Shown: in pieces, positions 11,059-19,091 of the stretch
How positions within the stretch are numbered: the stretch's first letter is position 1
Layout: every line of letters starts with the position of its first letter
Source of the DNA: Octopus sinensis
Taxonomy: Eukaryota
Direction of reading: 5' to 3'
Assembly: GCF_006345805.1 (NCBI RefSeq)
Contig: NW_021824342.1
Location: 1-19,091, forward strand
DNA: 19,091 bases
The notes under the pieces: model-generated
What the model was told of the DNA's origin: nothing
Database searches by the model: none
The model's input: the letters and a program-made list of their open reading frames with translations, nothing else
Position numbers and translations under genes: made by a program

Positions 11059-11059
<1 letters not shown>

Positions 11060-11092
<33 letters not shown>

Positions 11093-11135
11093 TATTATTA
11101 TATTATTATATTATATTATTATTATTATTTTTATT
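11060..11135. repeat. (TAA)n tract at the 3' end of the long R4/Dong copy
   Basis: Interrupted (TAT)n run directly abutting the 3' UTR. Confidence 0.95.
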
Positions 11136-11232
11136 CAGTAGTTTATTTTTTATAGCGTGCTTTCACTTCACTACCGAGCGCAGCTCTGTGTGCCTTGGGT
11201 ATGTGCTGTGATTTGTTGTGATGCTCTGATGG

Positions 11233-14200
11233 TTATTGTATGGAAAGTGTTCTGCGTAGGATGTATGCAGTGCCTAGTAGTGCAATTTTCTGTATGTTAT
11301 ATGTGTTTGTAAGTCCTGGTTGTTTTGTTATGTATTTGTCTGAATATTTTTTATCATGCCTAATGCACCTACTATGATAGGAATTGTTTCTGTTTTCAGG
11401 TTCCACATTCTAGTTACCTCTATTTCCAGGTCTTGTGTATTTTGAGAGTTTCTACATTTCTTTTAGAGACACGTTGTCATCTGCCGGTATTGATACATCA
11501 ATTAGAAAGCATTTTTTTCTTCATGATCTCTGACAACTATATCTGGTCTGTTGGCCTTAATTTCTCTATCTGTGTGTATCGGCATATCCCAGAGTATGGT
11601 TGCTTTCTCGTTTCTGTGACCTTTTCTAGGGTGTGCCTATACCATCTTTTTTCAGTTGTTATTTCCATAATGTTGGCATAGCTTCCAATGTATGTAGGTT
11701 CCAACTCTGTCATGTCTGTGAATATATTCCTTCTTAGCCAGGACTGGGCAGCTAGAGATAATATGATTTATTGTTTTCTTGTCCATCTCCACATATTCTG
11801 CAGTACTTGTAATATTTCTTTCATTACATGTTTTGGTAATTTCTCGGCTGGGGGGTTTGGTCTTGTGCTGCAATTAAAAATCCCTCTGTTTCTGCTTTGA
11901 GTCCTGAGCTTCTCAACCATTGCTGGGATTTTCTTTGTCTATTTCTTTTGCGTTTAGTTTAGTGCAGTATTTACATGAAGGGGCTTTTTTTGCCATCGTT
12001 TTATCATGGCTCGTTGCTGTTCTATTTTTAGTTTGGATTTCATTTGTTTTATAGCTTTTGTTGTTTCTTCATCATCTTCTTCTTCTTCTTTGTGTTTATT
12101 AGGTGGTATGATTTCTTGTTTATTTGTCAGCTTCCTTAAATACCTGAGAACAGTTTTTGTTTTGCTCGTGTTTTGCTGCTATCTGGATCAGTTTTCCTTC
12201 CTTCTGAAGTAGGTATTTTTTGCAGACCTATGGTGGTTATTTTATAGTAGTTTTCCAGCTGTATAAGCCTCTACCACCTTCTATACGTTGTATATATAGT
12301 CTTTCTATGTCAGATTTTGGGTGATGCATCCTAGATCCTGTCAATATTTTTCTTGTTTTCCTATCTATTTTGGACAGTTCATTTCGTGTCCAGTTAAGGA
12401 TATTGGTAGCTGTAACTTATAACTGGGAGCTAAAGTGTTGATACCTATTATCTTGTTTTTAGCATTGAGCTCTGTTTTTAGTATTGATCTAACTCGTCTA
12501 TAATATTTTTTTTATTTTCTCTTTCATTTGGTGTGTTGTGTCTTATCTAGTTCATGGATTCCTAAGTATTTGTAAGTTTGGCTTTGGTCTAATTCTTTTA
12601 TTTCATTGGTTTTATCTAGTGTGATGTGTTACTCTTAACTAGTTTTCCTCTTTTCATGGTTACTTTGGCGCATTTTCTAATCCAAATTTCATATCTATTT
12701 CTTTGGTAAATCCATGAACTGTCTTTAATAGTGTTTCCAGCTGTTTGTCATTTGCAGCGTATAGTTTTAGGTCATCCATATATAAAAGGTGGCTGATCGT
12801 TTTGCCGTAACATTTATATCCGCATCCAGTTCTATTTAGCATATCAGATAGAGGTGACAGTGCCAAGCAGAAAAGGAGTGGAGAGAGCGTGTCTCCCTGG
12901 AATATCCTCTTCTAATGGGGATGTCTTTGGTTTTCATGAGTCCCTCTTTTGTTTGGAGCTGTAGCACTGTGTTGCCATTTATTCATAGAGTGCTCTATGA
13001 ATTTATGATTGTTGGTGCTACTTTGTTAAGGCTAGTGCTTCGAGGATCCATGTGTGGGGGATGCTATCAAACGCCTTTTGTAGTCAATCCAGGCCATACT
13101 GAGGCTTTCTTCTTTCTGTGGTGTCTTCAGTTACGGTTTATTAATCATTAGTTGATCTTTACAGCCATATGAGCCCTTGCGGCATCCTTTCTGCTCTTCT
13201 GGGAACAGTTGTTTTCGTCCAGGTGCTTGTTCAGCCTTTGCGATATCACTGCAGTAAATGCCTTGAACATAGTAGGGAGGCAGGTTATTGGTCTGTAGTT
13301 TTCTGGTTTTGTTGTTTCATTTGATTTGGGAATTAAGATGGTTTTCCTCTTCGTGAGCCATTCAGGCATTGTCTCTGGCTCTGCTAAAGTTTTCAGCCAG
13401 CTTTTTGTGCATTCCAGTTAGATATTTCAACCAGAAGTTGGGGATCTTGTCATGCCCAGGTGGCCTTCCAGTTGCTTAGTTTTGCAGTGCCTGGGTGACC
13501 TCTTCAGTTGTTATGTTGGGGGTCCAAAGTTGTTCAGATGCCGAGTTTGTTATTTTCATACTCCTTTTTTTGGCTGTTCGTTCGCCGACCATATTTCTTT
13601 CAGAATTCTTCCATTCTTCTGCCGTTGGTGCTGCAGTAACTTCTATTTTATTTTTGCCCAGTTCTTGGTAGAACTTTTGGGGTCGGAGTTGAACTTTTTG
13701 TTCTGTTCAAAGAAGCGTTGGCGTTTCTTTGTACCGGCGGATCCTGAGCTTTGGCAAGGATATCTTGCTTCAGCTTTTCTTTTATCTCCGGCAAATTTTT
13801 CTGTGATGTTATATTTGCGGAGCATTTTGTTCTTTTTTTATTGCTCAGTAGCGTTACTTGTTGCTGATTTCATTAAGAATCGACAGGTCCTTTTCTAATT
13901 TTTTTTATTTTGTTTTGGATGTTATTTATCCACAGGGTTTGTTGGGTGGTGGTACTCCTGTTTGGGGCGGGTTTGGGTGAGTATCCAGCTTCTTTTGTGG
14001 CTGCAGTGGCTGCTGCGTTATATCAAGTCATTTAGTTCAGTGATATCACTTTTTTTTGTTTCAGTGGCTAGTTCAGTGACGGCTAGGTTTATGTTGTTTA
14101 TAATTGGTGTTGTTATTGCGTTTATTTTGATTCTTGGGAGGTATGGTCGGTGGTCCATTTTGAGCTCTGTGGTTTTTAGTTCTTTGATTATTTTATTTTT

Positions 14201-14840
14201 TATATTATCATAAATCATTAGGCCCCCCTTCGTTGTTTACATCGTGTTTGTTGGGAATGTTGCGTTTGTCTTCGTGTTTTACAGTTTCAGTGTTTATATT
14301 ATTGGGCATTATTGTGTGGCTTCTATCTACATTTTCCTGGTGTATTTTTTCTTTTAAATGTTCTATTCTATTTCTGATATTTTTTTGGCTTTGAGAAGTA
14401 TCTTCGTACGTTAGCTAATTTATTAGGGTTCATTGCTGTATCCAAGTCTATATCTCTAGTATTTTTCCTTCCATATTTTATATGTATGTGTTGTTGATTT
14501 CATTTTGTGGGTAGAGCATTGCTGTGAAGTATGCGTGTAAGATAGAAATGTATTCCTCACGCGTCCATTTACGTCTTTTGGGTTTTAATTGGCGGGACAT
14601 GAGGTACAACGTCCGGCCCATTATTTTGACGGTCATCATTTTTGTAGGGTACCGGTCCGTTTATTTCTGTTGTCACATTATTTCGCACGTGTAGTTTTTC
14701 GTACATTTTTTGTTGTAGGTTTAATGTACGTACCGCTCGATTGTTATTCTTGGGTTGAATAGTATCGGTGGCATTATTTCTTCGTAGTTTCCTTTGTACA
14801 TGGTGTTTGAGGTCGGGGATGATCGTGTTGTTCCACGCAT
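11233..14840 (-). pseudogene. Frameshifted single ORF of the R4/Dong element (N-terminal domain, RT ~12555-13370, CCHC 11748-11802, RLE ~11233-11560)
   Basis: Track ORFs 14018-14218, 13643-13825, 13148-13369, 12660-12866 and 11652-11873 are in-register pieces of it. There are many 1-nt indels and at least one in-frame TAG (11452-11454). The start is uncertain; the ATG at 14838-14840 is a candidate only. Confidence 0.88.
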
Positions 14841-15051
14841 GTTTACATGTGTTGTGTTAGAGGTGGAGATAATATCGAGTCAAAATACATCATTTTTCGT
14901 TTCGAAAATAGTAATAAATTTCAATTCGTATTACTTACTCGGATATAGTCCAATTCTTTGTTAGTAAATCTTTGGCTCCATAGGGTGTCCTTGTTTTCGA
15001 GTTTTGTGGATAGATTTCGGAGCTCTGTATTTTCTTCTTACTCTTAAACGT

Positions 15052-15089
15052 CCCCGGTGTCTTCTCTTAACCCCGGTGTCTTCTCTTAA
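15052..15089. repeat. Perfect 2 x 19-bp tandem duplication at the 5' end of the R4/Dong copy
   Basis: ccccggtgtcttctcttaa at 15052-15070 and again at 15071-15089. Confidence 0.95.
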
Positions 15090-15092
15090 ACC

Positions 15093-15104
15093 TTATTATT
15101 ATTA

Positions 15105-15162
<58 letters not shown>
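15093..15162. repeat. (TAA)n tract at the 5' end of the long R4/Dong copy
   Basis: About 23 units of TTA with one interruption. Confidence 0.95.
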
Positions 15163-15164
<2 letters not shown>

Positions 15165-15295
15165 TATCGTTTCTGAATCACTTTCACTCGCACTACCCTT
15201 GCCTACACCATAACGATCGCGATCGCCGATTCACAAGCACCTGGAGACGGATTTGTTGATGTCTAGAGTTGTTTGCTTAGAAGGGTTTTTTTCGC
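15163..15295 (-). mobile_element. Probable 3' terminus of a third R4/Dong-related element (or a dependent SINE) ending in (TAA)n
   Basis: The minus strand reads aaaaaacccttctaagcaaacaactctagacatcaacaaatc...ggtagtgcgagtgaaag...tgaataataat. This parallels the long copy's end agaacactttccatacaataaccatcagagcatcacaacaaatc...ggtagtgaagtgaaag...tgaataa. There is no clear coding sequence upstream. Confidence 0.45.
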
Positions 15296-15399
15296 TCTCT
15301 ATAAATTTCTCGGTTACACATTAAAGCATTTAACATTTTTATAGTCATTATGAAATAAATCTTGTTTCATAATGCGGGTCCCCGTAAACTGAGATATTA

Positions 15400-15494
15400 C
15401 TGTATATGTATGTATGTATATATATATACATACACATATATGTATATATATATATATGTGTATATATATATATATTTCAATGTGTGTGTCTGTG

Positions 15495-15539
<45 letters not shown>
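15400..15539. repeat. Compound (AT)/(GT) microsatellite
   Basis: Directly visible. Confidence 0.93.
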
Positions 15540-15542
<3 letters not shown>

Positions 15543-15740
15543 GAAATTTACAGAAAACAAAGAAACACAAGGACGAAGATATGTGTAAAACAACCACAAG
15601 CAGGTGTATTAGTTTGGCGCTCGGGAAGATGAGGAAAATCTTTTACGTTTCGAACCTAGGCTCTACAGCAGAAAGAAACACAAGGAAATAATCAGAGTGA
15701 GGAATAAAAAACTTGTGGATTTAGCGGTCAATTAGGATAC

Positions 15741-15741
<1 letters not shown>
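15540..15741 (-). mobile_element. Same ~200-bp (AT)n-flanked repeat; copy 2
   Basis: The reverse complement is homologous to 7803-8006 (roughly three quarters identical by eye over the central ~110 nt). (AT)n tracts lie on both sides. Confidence 0.7.
15639..15676 (-). ncRNA. Second, more decayed hammerhead-like motif
   Basis: The reverse complement reads UCUUU-CUGCUGUA-GAGC(CUAG)GUUC-GAA-ACGU-A-AAAGA. The same three stems are kept (one G-U pair in stem II), but the core differs at positions 6 and 9. Confidence 0.45.
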
Positions 15742-15790
<49 letters not shown>

Positions 15791-16607
15791 AAACGGGCTC
15801 TTACAGTCGGCTTTTCGATGCCCCCATTGGCGGCGTTACACTTATCTGGCCTTTAAATAGCGTTTATAAATAAGACCGGCACCCATAGCCCTTGGTAACA
15901 AATTCTGAAATAGATTTAAGATATCTACATTAACCACTGCAAGGGAAATTACTCCGTAAGACAAACGGGGCTTGTTTTTTCACAGCGGGGGGTTTCCTTG
16001 TCAAGGTAGGCTTAGATGAACACACACACACACACATAAAACATAAAATATATATATATAATTTCTTTATTGTTTTTCTTTCTGCCACCCAACGTTATCA
16101 TGGCAGTAGCCACTGAAGCCGAACGATCAAACGCACACCGTACACAAAAATGTTTCTACCCCTACGCCAACACACACATATATAGAACAGTATACACAAC
16201 ACACACGTCTCTAAGTAGATTTTTTCTCGCCCCTTTATAAAACATCCAATATTCTTTAAATAGTCAGAACTTTATTCTCGGTCACAAAGAACATCTATAC
16301 ACCCCCACCAACATGTTTGACCGATGCCTGACCTGTTGAATTCTTCAGCCACCGGTTCTCAACATACACTGATAAACAGTTTCGCCATGGGCTCTTAGGG
16401 CACAGTTCGATTTGTTTTTTGCTCGCCTCTGTTCTGTTTTTGTTTTCCAACGGATTTCCTTTTTTCTTCCTGAAGAGAAAGACACAATATGGTCCCATTA
16501 TTCAATCGGATTTTGGTAATTTGTGCCTTTCGAAACACGTGTAGAATGAAATAAAACGATTTCTGTTCAATATGCGTTCAGCTCCATTTCTTCAATTCAC
16601 CAATAAT

Positions 16608-16611
<4 letters not shown>

Positions 16612-16652
<41 letters not shown>

Positions 16653-16660
16653 CATATATT

Positions 16661-16691
<31 letters not shown>

Positions 16692-16876
16692 CTACATATT
16701 ATATATATATATATTATATATATATATATATATATTTACATGCATATATATATATATATAATATATTATGGTAAAGCTGTATTGATAGATATAAGCATAA
16801 ACGAATGTATTAATGTGTATATATATATATATATATAGATATATATATATCTATATAGATATATATATATATATAT
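16612..16876. repeat. (AT)n blocks
   Basis: Directly visible; interrupted at ~16766-16816. Confidence 0.93.
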
Positions 16877-17000
16877 TCCTTGTGTTGTATGTCTTATACT
16901 CTGTTTTTTCCTTGTTTGAAAAAAGTTCGTTTCCATGTTTTGCTTTTTTGTTTTCGTTCTCATTGTGCTCAACGTTTTTTTTTGTCCTGTACCCATATAT
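16877..17000 (+). repeat. T-rich interspersed repeat remnant embedded in (AT)n
   Basis: ttccttgtgttgtatgtc...gaaaaaagttcgtttccatg...gtcctgtacccatatatgcatg, with simple repeats on both sides. I recall it as a common octopus repeat; this is unverified. Confidence 0.4.
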
Positions 17001-17071
17001 GCATGTATATATACATATGTACATATATGTAATGTAATATGCATATATTTATATATTATTTCTATTACTAA

Positions 17072-17079
17072 TATTATTA

Positions 17080-17116
<37 letters not shown>

Positions 17117-17138
17117 TTATTATTATTATTATTATTAT
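17072..17138. repeat. (TAA)n tract with no R4/Dong sequence attached
   Basis: Directly visible; the flanks are simple repeats and a SINE tail. Confidence 0.93.
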
Positions 17139-17183
17139 ATATATGTATGTATATGAATATGTATGTATGTATATGTTTTTGAA

Positions 17184-17334
17184 GGACTTGTTTTGGTTTC
17201 TGTCTATTAAATGCACTCACAAAGCTTTCGTCGGCCTAAGGCTATAGTAAGACGACTCTCGCTCAAGTTGCAGTGGGATTAAATCGGAAACCATGAGGCT
17301 GGGAAGCAAGCGTCTTACCCACAGCCACGCCTGC
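17184..17334 (-). mobile_element. tRNA-derived SINE, family B
   Basis: The reverse complement reads gcaggcgtggctgtgggtaagacgcttgcttcccagcctcatggtttccgatttaatcccactgc...ctatagccttaggccgacgaaagctttgtgagtg...agacagaaac. It has a tRNA-like head with decayed A/B boxes and runs into a (TACA/TA) simple-repeat tail. The family assignment is from recollection of octopus SINEs. Confidence 0.7.
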
Positions 17335-17590
17335 GAATATACTTTTTATAGAGAATTTGTAGAGATTACCTTAACAACCGATTTAATAGCACTGCTAACA
17401 CAGTAGAACACAGAATTTTCTTATAAAGCGCATAATATACTTTTTAATATATGATGGTTGCATAACGAAATACAGTGTCCCTATAAGTCATTAACAGCTT
17501 TTGCTTTCATTCCTGGTTGTGGTGGTAATATTCTAATCGTCTTAAACTACATACGAGTAACTTAGAAAATTACTATTTTTAAATCTCATA

Positions 17591-17938
17591 ATGAGAGATA
17601 TTCAGCAACAGTACTTTGGAGTAAAGTTTGTTTGCCAACATAACATGGCAGTCTTGGTTTAGGACTAATGTTGCTGTAATTTATCCCCCGGAGACATCGT
17701 CTCCAACTCACTATACGACACGATATGTGTCCTTATATTTTCGAACAGGGAAATCTTGTTTTCAGGCCGAGGGGATGTGCTAGATTCCCTTGTTCGAAAA
17801 TATAAGGGCACATATCGTGTCGTATAGCTGGCTGGAGACGATGTCTCCTGGGCCTAAATTACTGTAACATTCGTCCTAAACCAGGATTGCCATGTTATGT
17901 TGGCAAACAATCTGTACTCCGAGCAAAGTAACTCTCAT
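17591..17938. mobile_element. Foldback/MITE-like element made of long inverted arms
   Basis: 17618-17756 pairs with 17782-17920 at 122/139 identity by hand count, around a 25-nt spacer. The outer ends are atgagag (17591-17597) and ctctcat (17932-17938), with TA dinucleotides at or next to both ends. It has no coding capacity. Confidence 0.85.
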
Positions 17939-17946
17939 AACTTTAC

Positions 17947-18366
17947 CATGAAATTGTGTGTCTGTTTAAGTAATGTTTTAAAATAATACTTGTAAGTAAT
18001 GTTTTTAAAAACAATGAATGTGCATTCGCACGTTACGTTCGTTTTGCTTCGTTGAATTTCGTTCTGGATTAGAAAAAGAAACGCTGATTTCGAAATGTTT
18101 GATTAATCTGTTTTATTGATGTATGTTCTAATACTTGAGGATGTGTGTCCAGGTGTGCGTATGCATAAATATGTATGTATGGATACATGCTTACATAATT
18201 CTTTGTATATATCTGTGTGTATGCTCATATATGTAAATATATGCGTATGCATGGACGTATGCAAAATGAGCACGTGCATACGCTTTCATTGTTTTTACAA
18301 GCATTAATTAAAAATATTACTTAAAATAATTACTTTAAAACACTACTTTAACAACACAACTTCATG
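17947..18366. repeat. Imperfect inverted repeat pair 17947-18018 / 18285-18366
   Basis: catgaaattgtgtgtctgtttaagtaatgttttaaaataatacttgtaagtaatgtttttaaaaacaatgaa aligns, with gaps, to the reverse complement catgaagttgtgttgttaaagtagtgttttaaagtaattattttaagtaatattttt...aaaaacaatgaa. Confidence 0.65.
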
Positions 18367-18397
18367 TCTTCGTTTGTATGGGGTTTAAAGCGTTTAT

Positions 18398-18585
18398 AAT
18401 ATTGATTTCAAATTTTGGAACAAATTCAGTAATTTCGGTTGGTGAGGGGATTATACGTCGATTACATCGACCCCAGTGCTCAACTGGTACTTATTTTGTT
18501 TTTATCATAAACTCATAACGTAAAGTCGGATAAAATACCGCTAAGCATTTTGCCCAGCGTACAAACGATTCTGCCATTTTGCCGC
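18398..18585 (-). mobile_element. tRNA-derived SINE related to family A, with a different 3' tail and an internal deletion
   Basis: The reverse complement reads gcggcaaaatggcagaatcgtttgtacgctgggcaaaatgcttagcggtatttt...aagtaccagttgagcactggggtcgatgtaatcgac...ccaaaattttgaaatcaatatt. It shares its head and the ctggggtcgatgtaatcgac block with copy 2. Confidence 0.8.
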
Positions 18586-18861
18586 TCTAAGGCGTTTTAT
18601 ATTATTACCACGAGAACCAAAAACGTAAGCTTCAAGCATCTGTTTTTGGAAATGTCGCTCGCAAAGTTTTAGAAAAATAACAAAGATAAACGTTTTCTTC
18701 AACTTCCATTTCGTATTTCAAAAAATTTTGAAAGGATGAATATATCAATAAAAAACTGGCCTAACTTGCGAGATTATAATCAGAAACGAACAACTTTGCG
18801 TACTGGAAATAGGAACCTTTCAGTTTTATAATGTATTAAAGAAGATTTTACACTTACAAAA

Positions 18862-18875
18862 TATATATATATATA

Positions 18876-18925
<50 letters not shown>

Positions 18926-18926
18926 C
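18862..18926. repeat. (AT)n microsatellite
   Basis: Directly visible. Confidence 0.95.
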
Positions 18927-19091
18927 TATTTACTCCTTAATCAAACCAATATTGACTGTCATTTTTCAAGAAGTATTCAGTAAACATAAAGAAAGAGATT
19001 TTATTTCTATTTGAATGTAAATACTACAACTGTGTCAGCTTTTTCCAGTTTCTCATATCATTTTGTCCGGAGCAACATATAAAATGTGAAT

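Larger units (their letters stand above)
11136..15092 (-). mobile_element. Near full-length R4/Dong-clade non-LTR retrotransposon (RT + restriction-like endonuclease), ~3.96 kb, degenerate
   Basis: Manual minus-strand translation with frame corrections gives these motifs in order: KRRKWTREEYISILHAYF (~14525-14585); NYRPITCLPTMFK (ORF 13148-13369); AWIDY-KAFDSIPHTWI (~13045-13100); G-FQGDTLSPLLFCLA (~12860-12910); HLLYMDDLKLYA (YMDD 12771-12782); YKYLGI (~12558-12575); RLYIQRIEGGRGL (~12265-12305); CRICGDGQE-TINHIISSC (11748-11802); HRHDRVGTYIHWKLC; NRPDIVV..LIDVSIP..KLSKY-DLEIE; IQKIALLGTAYILRRTLSIQ* (stop 11233-11235). A ~97-nt 3' UTR follows, then (TAA)n. (TAA)n also abuts the 5' end. This domain order and these motifs match R4-clade elements (established knowledge). 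Confidence 0.93.

Noticed and set aside
10767-14213. Plus-strand ORFs over the retrotransposons (e.g. 13452-13898, 148 aa; 10767-11141, 124 aa)
   Set aside because: They are antisense shadows of the minus-strand R4/Dong ORFs, low-complexity and F/L/V-rich, with no independent motifs.
14841-15092. HDV-like self-cleaving ribozyme at the 5' end, as known for R2 elements
   Set aside because: I could not build the nested double pseudoknot by eye; it needs a descriptor search (e.g. RNArobo or Infernal) on the family consensus.

Overview
AT-rich, microsatellite-dense eukaryotic genomic DNA (intronic or intergenic). It is very likely from an octopus; this is inferred from my recollection of the SINE families and the (AT)n/(ATAC)n load and was not checked by a search. 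No host gene can be called with confidence. The main feature is a near full-length but frameshifted non-LTR retrotransposon of the R4/Dong type on the minus strand (11136-15092). It has an N-terminal KWTxEE region, RT with YMDD, a CCHC knuckle and a restriction-like endonuclease, and it lies between two long (TAA)n tracts. It is flanked head-to-tail by a 5'-truncated copy of a different R4/Dong family (10540-11028) and probably a third related 3' end (15163-15295), each ending in (TAA)n. The window also holds four tRNA-type SINE copies, two copies of a ~200-bp (AT)n-flanked repeat carrying a minimal hammerhead-ribozyme-like fold with a variant core (Penelope-like signature), a ~350-bp foldback/MITE with nested hairpins, a second inverted-repeat pair and many simple repeats. 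Most ORFs in the supplied track are microsatellite artefacts or fragments and antisense shadows of the retrotransposons.
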